The notes below the pieces were generated by a model that did no database searches, was not told the origin of the DNA, and was given only the letters and a program-made list of their open reading frames with translations. The position numbers and the translations under genes are program-made. DNA of 64,000 nt from Selaginella moellendorffii (taxonomy: Eukaryota; Plantae; Lycopodiophyta), in NCBI RefSeq assembly GCF_000143415.4, contig NW_003314309.1, positions 1,053,199-1,117,198 of the forward strand. Direction: 5' to 3'. Positions 23,935 through 35,359 of the stretch are shown in pieces. The number at the start of each line of letters is the position of its first letter. The stretch's first letter is position 1.

Positions 23935-24989
23935 ATGGCGCGTCTTGGAGCTGTGTTCTTCGATCTGGACGACACGCTGGTGCTCACTCACGCCGCGACC
24001 AAGATCGCCAACGACGCTGTCAAGGCCGTGCTCGCGAATCGAGCGCCGTCGTCCAATGCCGACGAGGTGGTGAGCGCGTTTCTCGAGGGTTTCAGCTCCA
24101 GCCCCTGGGATCCAGTCGGTCAGGTAATTCTAGCTTGGCGATTTAGCTACATTGCTGTGGATTTTATTTGTGGATTCCCCAGGTCGATGTTACGGAGTGG
24201 CGAGCGCGAATCTGGCACGTTGCTCTCCAGAAATGGAGCGTCCAAGACATAGAACTAGCCAGAGTGAGTCCATTGCTCCAAGTTGTTAGTTTACTACCTC
24301 CATCCTTTCGCTTTTTTTCTAGGATTTGCAAGCTTGCTTCGACCGGGAGAGAATGCTTGCGTTCCAGTGGGCCGAAGGTGTCGAAGCGGTAAGGAGATTT
24401 CTAGTTTTTCTTCTCTTTCTCTCGTTATGACTTTCGAGCTTTAGAAGAGCAGCTTGTGCGGGAGTTGCAAAATCAAGGCTTGAAAGTCGGGCTCATCACG
24501 AATGGACACACTGTGGTAAGCTTGTTCTTTCCTGGGAATCTTCACATGATAAAAGTTCTTGCAAGGTCCAAAGAGCGAAGCTGGAAGCGTGCAAAGCTCA
24601 AGAACTCTTCAACGTTATTCTCGTGGGTGGAGGTGAGGCCCTTCGTTTTTCTCTAACTCGGTGATAACTTTCGTGCAGAGGAGCCCCGAGAAAAGCCATA
24701 CAAGGAGATTTTTCTCAAGGCTTGCGAGCTTGCCGGGTGTGATCCGCGAGAATCTGTCATGGTTGGAGACAATCTCTCGACAGACATTCAGGTGGTGTGA
24801 TAAACAGTACGCGTTTTGGTGCTAACTTTGATGCATCAGGGGGGTCTAAACGCTGGATTTCTCGCAACAATCTGGGTGAACTTACACGGCCATCCACCAT
24901 CAAGCTCGATCCATCCGAGCTATACAATCTCTAGCATTGCGGAGCTACCTTGCGTGCTCAAGGAAATCCAGAGGAAGTACACCAATTAA
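23935..24989 (+). CDS. HAD-superfamily phosphatase (NANP/HDHD4-like); 7 exons
   Basis: Motif I FFDLDDTL, motif II GLITNG, QRAKL, EKP..EIF..AC, motif IV VMVGDNLSTDIQ|GGLNAG. Confidence 0.88.
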
Positions 24990-25063
24990 GAAATCCATGG
25001 TATGGACCGATTTTCTTATATTCACGTATCAAACTTTCCATCTATCCAGAGCTAAAATGACAG

Positions 25064-28000
25064 TTAATCATCGACCAAAATTTGGAGTTTGACTGGGCGA
25101 TTGAGCAAGCTCTCGAACGCAGCCTCGAGAGCCGCGGCGTGCTCGTGCTGCTGGAACTTTCTAACGAACAGAGGAGACGATCCTATCGTCACGATTGCCG
25201 GCTGCGAGGTCTGTGAGATCGACACGAGTGATCCCTGCCAAAGAAGAACAAACCAACAAGTGAATCAATGAATCGTCTAAGTTCGCGGCAAGTACCTTTT
25301 GTGTCGCGAGAGCCAAGGTTGCTGGAGAGCTTTGAAGCACCGTGGACACTTGCTGCCATAGCTGCTCTAGATCTTCTCCTGGAGCTTGAGCGGGCTCCTT
25401 CGTCTTTGAATCTCTCGAGTTCTTCGTCTTGACTTTCGTAAAGCTCATGATCTTGTGCCAGAGATTTGTCCCTTGATCCGCATCCTCGTTTCCAGCTTCC
25501 TCACCACAGCTGCTGCTGCGCGCATTCTTCTCCAGAAGCTTGCCGGCCCTCCTGCGAATCCACTCCGGATAATCCCCGCTCTGGAAACCATCCGGCGGAG
25601 GAGCCAAGCCGGGAAACAATGCATGCGACGAAGAGAAGTGACACGCTGTAGCGTTCGCAAGCTCGGTGTGAAAGTTCTCGTAGTAGTCTTCCATGGCGAG
25701 TAGAGCTCTTGCGTTTACGTGGTTTGCCAGGTACTCCATCACTGCTCTCAACAAGGCTGCCTCGGTCTCTTGGAAGCCAGTTCTCAGCCGAAAGTCATCC
25801 AGAAGAACGAGCGAACTGCTTGTGACTTTGTCCAGGACCTTTCTTCCATCGGGCCAGTCGACGCTGTAGATTCCGTCCGCAATGGATAGTCGAGCTTCTT
25901 TAGCCGGTACAAAGCTGCCGATCTGTGCCAGCACCTGGATGAGAGCTACTTGTTGTAAGTAGCACGTCTTGCCACTGCCTCTGGGACCGGTGACGATGAG
26001 CAAGTCGGGCCTGTCTTCTACCTTCTTCGAACGACCGCGTCTCGGCTGGTAGCCCAGCGAGCACGAAGTCGGCTGGAAGTCTTTACGTATTTCAACCAGT
26101 GGATGTCTACCATCCACTATAGTGATTTGTCGTCCATCTGGTACTAGCTCTGGCTTGCTGAAATCCCTTGCTGCAGCGATTTCTGCATGAAACAAAACAA
26201 AGGTCGGCAATGGCGTCGTTTTGGAAAAGACATACCAGCGAAGTTGCAAAGGACGTCCAGTGCAGCCAATGCACTACTCGTTTCTTGTAGCGTCAGCAGC
26301 GAGTCTGTAACTTTCTTTCTCAGACTCTCCACAAGGTCCGAACGCTCAGAGATTGTATCGCTCGCTTCGAAACCAATGTCAGCATCAGTTGCGGAACTCC
26401 TTGCCACCTTCAGCAGAAAATACAAACGTAAGGTTCAAGCTCTTAGGCAGCCAAACGGTCAGTGTAGATCATTCAACATTCTATCAAAAGCCGGGACAAA
26501 CCTGAATCTCTTCGGCCAGTTTCTCGGCAAAAGCTTGATGGCGAATAACAGCCGAAAAATAATCATTTCCTGGAAATTCTTCAAGTATCTGAGAAATCCT
26601 GGGTAGCATCAACAGCGAGTCTGCCAAAGCAATAAGCTCGTCCCTGGAAAGCAGCTTGATCAGTACATTAGAAAGATGTTGCAGAGACCCACCAAGAAAG
26701 GGTGGACTGTCGTGCAATACTTCCCGAAAGGTTGGCAACATCCACCATGGTCGAGAGACAGGAACGCAATGCTTCACGAACAGGACTATTTTTTAGGAGA
26801 ACCTGAGGAGCTATTTAGTTGGATAAAAATCATAAGAGTCATTGCTACTGACCTCCACGGCATTTTGGCGTAAAAGAATCGATTCAAGACTTCTTAAAGG
26901 GTGTAACATCCATTGCCTCAGTAAACGAGTACCCATACTAGTTTTAGTTTCGTCCATTGCCCAAAGAAGGGACGCGGTCTCAGTTCTTTTACCTTCGACT
27001 AGCTGGAAATCACAATGATGAACAAGAACAGAATAGAGCTATTTAGTACCTCTAAGTAGCTTCTTACGCCTTCATCAAGACGAAGATAATCTTCGGTTTT
27101 ATACAAAAGTAATTGCCGAAGGGAAAGCTCGTCAAGTGCAAACGCTTGTATTTGCTGAACGTATCTGAGCACGAAAGTGTCACATACACTCCACTATAAA
27201 ACTCGCGATATAACTTAAGCATGCACCTTAGTAAGGCCCTGGCCGCAGAGTCAGTTAAAGACCACTGCTGAATTGCATCGACAGTTTTTTCTCCGATGTA
27301 TGGAAGTAAAAGCTGCACAATAGAAAAATGTCTCATCGTTTACAAAACTATAAAGACCTTACAGTATCATTTGAAATGGGAGAAAACTCTGACGAATCGC
27401 GTGCTACTACGCATACTTCTTCTAAATATGGTCTAATCGCCTGTGATGAGAAAAAACACAAAGATATATCATGAAGGCAAATTCAAGATCAACAAACTCA
27501 CTTGCGAGTTAAATATGGCCTCTCTTGGTTTTAGTCGACCCAGCTCGTCCATCAAAGCGGCCAAACCTTCAGATTGTGTAGCACAAAAATCTCCTGCAAT
27601 AAAGACGTAAGAAAGATACAAATATCATCATTTCAACCAACAGTACCGGTCGCTAAATCACAAAATGCTAGCCCCCAAGAAGAATCAGCGGACACGTTAA
27701 CTGCGACCAAATAATTATTATGTGTCTCGTCTATAATCCCTTCATCGAGAAGCATTCCTGGCGTCAAAACGCAGATAGATTCTTGGACCTCATCACCAAC
27801 CTATAACCATTTCCAAAACAGATATCAGCTTTGTATGCCTACAAAAAGCTTGCACGTACCTTTACAACGCTTATTCCTCTATCGAACAAAATTTTTGTAT
27901 ACACATAAAATTTACACGCTGGAAACCTCGTAACTGGAACTTCGATCTGCGTTTTACATCATCATCGTAAATCAGAGACGGTAAACGTAGCAAGCAACGT

Positions 28001-29777
28001 ACCTCGCCATCTTCGACTGTGCTTTGCCGAATCTTGCACGTTCTAGACAAAGAGATTGCATCTTCAAAAAGAGCCTGTAGCGTCATGTGCATAAAGAAAG
28101 CTCTCAGAGTGCGGAATGTAATACCTCGTAAAAGTCACCAGCTTTTAAGAGGTGAATAAAGCTTGGTCTCTTTCTTTTTGCCTCGACATAGTTCGCAAGA
28201 GCAGGGCTCAAAACTGTAGAATCCACAGATCCGGTATCCAGAAATGTCCTGCTCGACTGCTGCTCCATCTCAACCCTGACCCCTTCCACATCTTCTTCTA
28301 ATACCATCTCTTCCTCCACTTCATCAACCGTGATTTCCAGTTCCAAATCCTCCCAAGGAACGTTAAGCCTATCCTCCTTTGTCAGCTCCTGTGTAGCTGA
28401 TGAATCCGTCACTAACTCCCCTCTATCCATATCTCGGAAAAGCTTGGAGCTGGCGTATACTTCGTCAGCGGTGAAGGCCTTTTCTAAAAACTCACTGGCC
28501 GGAAGCTGAAGTTCGGATACTATTGCCTCCAGCACCGAAGCAAGCATATTCACATCTGCCATGGCGCGATGTGCACGCTCTGTGGAATGCAGACCATATG
28601 CTTCATGTAAAACAGAAAGTTTCAAAGACCGCCAGTTATATCCTGTAGTACGGTTATGAGACGCGAGAAATGGTATTTATAAACACGTACCGAATTTTTT
28701 CTTCGTTTCCCGAGCCAGAGGCATGGAATCTAAAAAGAGCCACCACTCAGGAACTTGTATCCCGCAACTCTGAAACTCTTTAAGAAGAAATGGAACGTCA
28801 AACCTCTTCCCGTTGTGCGCGACAAGGATAACAGGCTCATCACCCTTTCGACGGCTTTCTACAAACTGAATAATGGACGGGCCAACCTCTTTCCAGCTGC
28901 GAGGGAAAAAGAAAGAAAAGATAATGAAGTACGAACACAAAAGTAGTTTTCTTACCTGGGAACATGAGGCTTGTTCACCATCTGATTCGTTATTCCTGTA
29001 ACAGCTGTTATAAGGTAAGGAACAGTCCGGCCGGGATTCACTAGAGCAGAAATGGTACTGCGATCACCCCCAGCAAGATCACGAGCTGCAAACTCTATAA
29101 TGCGATCACCAGCAGCTCTAAAACCTGTTGTCTCGAGGTCGAAAACGATGATCGTCATCTTTGGAGCAGGAATTTCTGAAGTAATGCTGCTGTCACTTGT
29201 GCTGCTAGCCAAAATCTCTTCTTTGCTCCGTAGCAGTACCTCACTTTCCTGTGACGATGCCCCACTTTGCTCCAGGCCTGTTCGCTCCAAGACGCTCGAA
29301 GAAACCTTTAGCTCCATCCCATTGTCAGTTTGAAATCTTACGCTTTCTCCAAGATCTTTGGAGACTTTGGATGTGGAGGTTTCGATCTCGGAGCTCCCGA
29401 TCTCTTCCTCCTCACGTAAAGCTTGATCGGGACTCGAGGATGCCCACGTTGAAAATCTAGAGCGCAAGAACTGGAGCTTGATGTCTCGCAACGATGTCCT
29501 TGACAAGTAACGAGGATGAGGCTTGACGATAAAACACCTGAATGGCCCGATCGATCGACTGGAAATCACTGGAAACGGCAAAAATTTACCTGGAAGAACA
29601 GCACGAACACGAAGAAGGAACAATTCGCCCGACGAAGAGCCTTGCTCCTGCGAATTCGTGCTTGAGGAGTCCATAGCACGCAATGCCGGACTCCATATTC
29701 TCCACGATCTTCCTGACGATGCCGGGGCTCATATTCGCAGCTCACGGGCACTCACCGAGGAGAATCGCTGCCCGCAT
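25064..29777 (-). CDS. DPD1-type DEDDh 3'-5' exonuclease fused to a cyanobacterial-type MutS1 (clamp-less, degenerate ATPase); probably organelle-targeted; many short exons
   Basis: Exonuclease motifs FDLETTG, IIEFAA, VAHNGKRFD, AHRAMAD. The same exon runs on to MutS-I (YVEAKRK...GDFYE|ALFEDA). Later exons give LTPG, NNYLVAV..WGLAFCDLATG, SLLWAMD.T.T.MG.RLLRQWMLHPL, AALDVLC, GRHPLVE, TGPRGSGKTCYLQQ..AQIGSFVPA. Start at ATG 29777 (with a 43-nt intron) is tentative; alternative ATG at 29674. Confidence 0.85.
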
Positions 29778-29795
29778 TGCAATTCTTCCTCACAT

Positions 29796-29976
29796 AAACC
29801 CTAAAACTTGCTCCAACCCTAACCCACGCTATCCGCTGATGTGTCGTAGTCACAGTGACGTGGCCTGTCCACTGTGGACGCCACGTCAGGTCTTCTTCCG
29901 CCTGTTCTTCTTCCACATTCTTTTAGGACCTGGAGGGAAGGGCGCGCCCTGGAGCTCTGGCATAGCGCTAGGGTTT
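29796..29976. promoter_or_regulatory. Bidirectional promoter: telo-box, palindromic pair of TGACGTGGC bZIP sites, telo-box
   Basis: AAACCCTA at 29796-29803; TGACGTGGC-CT-GTCCAC-T-GTGGAC-GCCACGTCA at 29856-29888; TAGGGTTT at 29969-29976; lies between divergent ATGs. Confidence 0.6.
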
Positions 29977-30043
29977 GTGGAAGCGCGCGTGGATAGCGGC
30001 ATCTTGGCGCGCTTTGGAGGAGCGAAATCTTTCTGCGCGAGCT

Positions 30044-33000
30044 ATGGGGTGAGTGAGCTCAGACTAGAATTCCTGCATTGCGCATCCACCGGGTGTGAGA
30101 TTTTCGGCAAGATCAGGCTAGATCCAGGCGATCTATGGCGGAAGAATTGGTCCTAGAATGTAGACTTCAGTGCTTAGTTTTGCGTTATTGGAGACTTACC
30201 TATAAGAATGTGTGATGTGATGTTCTTAGGAGTCAAGAGATGCTACTCCAGAGGTACCGGCGTGACAGGAGGGAACTTCTCTCGTTCATTCTATCGGCTA
30301 GCATTTTCCGCAAGGTGGTCATGCCTCCCGGAGCTGTCACTCTTGACGATATTGATCTAGAGCAAGTTAGCATTGATTATATCCTGGAATGCGCGAAGAA
30401 AGGTGAGGTTGAATGCTTTTGCTTTTCTAAAAGATAGCTTTTCTGATAGGTGGAATTCTCGAGCTTTCGGAGGCGATTAAAAAGTTTCACGATGATGCTC
30501 ACATTCCAGCGGTGGTATGTTCTGGTGACGTGCTGCTAATTCACACTAAAAGTTTTCTGGTTCTACAGGCAAATTCTTTAAAGGGTGACATCTATTATCT
30601 CGTTACAGATCCGCAAGTTTCAGGTCCACCTCCTATGCGCTCGGTCCCTGCGCCTGCGGCATTGAGTCCACCAGTCGCAAAATCATCGCTATCCAAGTCT
30701 ATATCTATACAGTCAACTCCATCGCAGCAAATCTCCGTTGATGACGAGATTGATGATTTTGAAGATGACAATGAGGTGACGGGGGAGCTGTCAAGAAGAA
30801 AGCTAAATGACGCGAGTGACCTCGTTTTGAAACTTCCTCCCTTTGCTACTGGTATGTCGTGTTACTTTTTAGATTTTACTACTAAAGCTCCATTTCTCAG
30901 GTTTATCCGAGGATGATTTGCGTGAGACTGCTTACGAAGTTCTTCTTGCATCAGTTGGTGCGACAGCGTATGTTTCACAGTTGATATGTTATCTAAGCGT
31001 TAATACTGGCTGGAACAGGGGTCTTGTTGCACCGCCCAAGGAAAAGAAAGAGGAAAAGAAAATGAAGCTCGTGAGGAAGTTTACCAGGAGTAAGTCCGAA
31101 AAGCACAAACCCGAGCCAACAAAGGCACAGGGGCTTGCTGGTTTACTGGAACTAATGCGTACACAGCTGGAGGTTTTTCTTTTGTTTTCATTTATTACAG
31201 CTACGGACATTTTATTTCTCTGTTTTCAGATTTCTGAGGCTTCCGACAAAAGGACAAGAGAAGCCTTGCTGCATTCTTCCGCTGGGAGGGTGGGCAAAAG
31301 AATGGACACTTTACTCATTCCACTTGAACTGCTTTGCGGTATTTCGAGAGCAGATTTCACGGAGAAGAAAGTTCATCTACGCTGGCAAAGAAGACAGGTA
31401 AATGTAAGTTAAACTTGTTTTTCAGCTGACATAGTTTGTTACAGCTAAATCTTCTAGAGGAAGGCCTTGTCAATTTTCCTGCTGTAAGTTTAGAGCACAA
31501 TGATCGCCAAGCTGGCGAGTTGAGAACATTAATAGCTAAGATAGAGGAAGCAGAGGTAAAAAAAAAAGGGCTCGTTTTTATGTCTGAAAACTGTTTCTTT
31601 GTTGCTTGTAGACATTACCATCCCCCGCGGGTCCAGCACAACATGCCGAGGCTTTGAAAGCGCTAAGAGGTGTTTCATTAGCGTTGGCAGAAAGAGCTAG
31701 CAGAGGGGATCAGATTGGGGAAGTTTGTCATTGGGCTGATGGCTATCATCTAAACGTTCGAATCTACGAAAGGTTGCTCAGCAGTACGTTTGATATTCTG
31801 GATGAAGGACAGCTAATCGAGGTAATTTCACAGGCTCTAGTTGAAATTATTACGATATGGTTTTGCAGGAGGCAGACGAGATCCTTGAGCTTCTCAAATC
31901 TACATGGAAGATATTAGGAATCACTCAAACTGTGCATAACACCTGTTATACATGGGTCCTTTTCCGCCAGGTAACCATTTTTTCCACATTGTACGTCAAC
32001 TTGGATACTACATGTGTGTATATTTAGTTTGTCATCACTGATGAAGTCTCGCTTTTACAACATGCTGCACAACAAATGAAAAGAATAGCATCTGATAGTC
32101 AACGCAGCGCACAAGAAAGAGCGTATATGAAGAGCTTGCGGTCTACCATTGTTTTGAATGGCACGTCCCAAGATCTTTCTTTTGTTCAATCTATAGTCGA
32201 GCCTATCAAGACTTGGGTAGAGAAGCGGCTTAACGATTACCACCTGCATTTTTCCGAGGTACTTACATGACATTTTCTTTGTTATAGCCATGACATTTTG
32301 ATGCAGGACGCAGCGAAAATGGAACAGTTTATTACGTTGGTTATGATCGCTGGAAGGTTAATAGCAGAAGAGGACGAAAAGACCGAAGTAAGCGTTTGAT
32401 AGAGATAAATTCGGAGGTTTGATTTTTCTTTGTTCAGATAACGAGAATGACGTCGGCAGCAAATCAAGCAGCTATTGCTAAACAGGCAGAGGAGTATATT
32501 TGGTCCTCAGTAAAACTCGCTTATGAGAGGGTATGTCATGATTTATTCCTCCAGGTGATACTACTTACAGTTTTTATAGGCTTTGGAAGGTGTGGATGCT
32601 AAATCTGAAGCAGAGCACGATCATCCTCTGGCTTTGCTCGCGGAAGATGTGGAAGCTCTTGCCAGGAAAGATGCTTCAACCTTTGCCCCCATTTTGTCTC
32701 GTTGGCAACCGCAAGCCAAAGCTATCACTGGCTCTCTCTTGCATACGCTGTACTACAAAGAACTGGTACCTGATTTGGTTTTCATTCATCTTTCATTTCT
32801 AAGTAACCTGTTTCTACCTAGAAACCATTTCTAGACGGTGTATCTCACTTGACAGATGACGTTGCGTCTGTTCTTCCTGCTGCTGATAGCCTGGATCGCT
32901 ACTTGACCGAACTTGTTGGAGCTGTTGATGATGGTAACAACGTTTATCGCCAGCAAATGACTTTTTATGAGGTGAGTAGACAACCCTTTCTAATTGCGAT

Positions 33001-34758
33001 GCGGATAACTTTTGTTGTTCGAAGGTGGAAAATCTGTCAGCAACTCTTATCATGCGTTGGGTAAACGCTCAACTGAGCAGATTGTCTGACTGGGTTGATC
33101 GTACTGTTCGTCAAGAGGTACAAACATTGTATTTTTTATAATCATGACATGTAGCCTGTAGAAATGGGAGCCCTTGTCCATGCAAAAGCGGCAGGGGGAA
33201 TCAGTCGTTGAGGTTTTTCGCATTATAGACGAGGTTTGTTGTCGTTGTTTTCAATTCTGCTTCTAACCTTTTTAGTGCAGACCGTTGAGCAATTTTTTGG
33301 TTTGAAGCTTCCAATGAAAATTTCTCTTTTGAAAGGTCTAACAAACGGCTTAGACAATGCACTACAGTTGTACTGCAATAAGATTGTCGGTCAGCTAGGT
33401 ACGTGGATATTGCTTGTATGTTTCTATTTATTTCTGTCAATGCAGGCACCAAAGCTGATTTAATTCCTCCTCCACCAAGTTTGACACGTTATGGTAAAGA
33501 CACTTCTTTGAAAATGTTTTCGAAAAAGAGGTTCGTGGATCCTGGCCTACCGGATGATAGGAGAGGGGACGATATTAGACTTCTCACAACGTCCAGGCTA
33601 TGTGTTCGTCTTAATTCCATTTACGTGAGTTTGTTTCATGAACTAATGGTTCCCATGGACTGAGTATTTTTACCTTTGTAGTATATACTCAATCAAGTGG
33701 ACGTTCTAGAAGACAACATCCGAGATCGATGGCGTTCTGGAAAATCAACTATAAAACCAAAAACTGAGGCAAATGGAAGTGAGTATATTTATCATGTATT
33801 TCCCCGTTACTTACATATTTGCAGGAAACGGAGATGTAAGAGTGAGGCCTCTTGACGAAATCTCGTCTTCATTTGATGGTTCTCGAAAGGCAGCAAATGC
33901 AGCAATTGACAAGATATGTGAATTCACAGGTATGAATTCTCTGTGCTTTTTTCCAACCAGAGACTTAACGCTCTTTTAGGAACAAAATTGATTTTCTGGG
34001 ATATGCGAGACCCATTCATCGATGGGTTGTATAAAGGAGGCGTTACGGAGGCACGGATGGAACAAGTTGTTAACAACCTTGATCCCGTAAGAACGTTCAA
34101 ACGTGCTCCACTGTGCGGTTTTTAACTCGATCTTAATATTTCCAGATTCTGGGACAAATTGTTGAAATGGTGGTAGAAGCGTTGAGAGACAGACTTGTGT
34201 TGGGCCTTTTGCAAGCTGCAATCGTAAGAAACTCCTACGAGGTTTTGATTCTCACCACAATGGCTTTGCAGGAAGGTCTTATCCGTGTGCTTCTTGATGG
34301 TGGCCCTTCGCGTGCATTTTCCCATAATGACGTGGATATGCTGGAGCACGATCTTAGAGTGTTGAAGGTTTGTAGGATTCACCGTGTCCTCGCTCATGCA
34401 AGCCTTGTGATGTTTCTGCTAGAATTTCTTCATTGCCGAAGGGGAAGGTCTTCAGAGGGGAGTTGTCGAAAATGCTGCTGCCCCTGCACAACAGATTATC
34501 GAGCTATATCGACTTGAGGTGCACATCTTTTTTGCTCATGTCGTGATCAAATTTGTTGCGTTGCGGCAGACATATGTGTTAATCGAGAACTTTCGTAAAG
34601 CAAGCGACCGGATGGCAAGCGGTACCAGCGTCCAGCGGACGGGGATTCGAGCTGCAAGCGACGCAGACACACTGCTTAGAATACTTTGCCACCGCATGGA
34701 CGACGACGCCTCACAGTTTCTCAAGAGACAGTACAAGTTGCCAAAGTCAACGGCGTGA
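30044..34758 (+). CDS. PATROL1: Munc13-like protein PATROL1 (DUF810); >25 short exons
   Basis: ATGGG micro-exon at 30044 spliced to ..SQEMLLQRYRRDRRELL..KVVMPPGAVTLDDIDL; LRETAYE; PLELL; CHWADGYHLNV; LIPPPP.LTRY; LCVRLN; GTKLIF.D.R; RVLLDGGPSRAF; DADTLLRILCHR.D..ASQFLK.QYKLP. Confidence 0.92.
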
Positions 34759-34889
34759 TCACTTCACCCCAGCCAAATTTTCTCCGTTAGAGAATGTGAG
34801 TGTTTTTATCTCGCAAATGTATACTTTTTACTCGAAATCAAAACGTTTGTTTGTGCAGCTTCTCCTTCATCTTCTCATTCGCATTGTTG

Positions 34890-35335
34890 TGGATAGCATC
34901 ACATATGGAGTCGAGTTCTTGAAACCAGCCTCGAGAACGTATCTAGCTGCTTTACTCGTATCACTGTGACTCTTCGAGGCCAGAAGCAAGCAGTTCCAAT
35001 CCAGACAAACGGCATACTCCAGGCAAGCTCTCGAGCATTCTCCAGATGCCCAGATCGGGCAAGTATGTCGATCATACAGCTAAAGTGGTGCCTGTTTTGA
35101 GTCAGATCATGGTCACCAGTCACGGACGCGGAAACTCCAGGCCAGCTTCTAAGTCTCCAAGATGGCTGCAGCCAAGCAGGGCGCAAGTGAAAGAGGTATC
35201 GTTGGGCCTCACGCCCTCAACTTCCATGGCCTTCAAGAGCTCGATGCACTCTCCCGAGTGTCCATTTTGGGCGTACGTCGTCAGCATCTCAGTGCCCAGT
35301 GCTTACTCCGGCATCTCCACAATACCCGGCCTGGG
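34890..35335 (-). pseudogene. PLS-class PPR protein fragment
   Basis: MLTTYAQNGHSGECIELLKAMEVEGVRPNDTSFTCALLGCSHLG and HFSCMIDILARSGHLENARELAWSMPF lie in different frames, with stops. Confidence 0.75.
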
Positions 35336-35359
35336 CACCGTCGCTCGCCCAGGGTACAG

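Noticed and set aside
25161-29683. Calling the MutS gene plant MSH1, or treating exonuclease and MutS as two genes
   Set aside because: There is no C-terminal GIY-YIG domain, the motifs are bacterial MutS1-like, and both domains share one continuous exon.
25064-29777. Bacterial contamination as the source of the MutS
   Set aside because: The gene has many spliceosomal GT-AG introns and is tightly embedded among plant genes.
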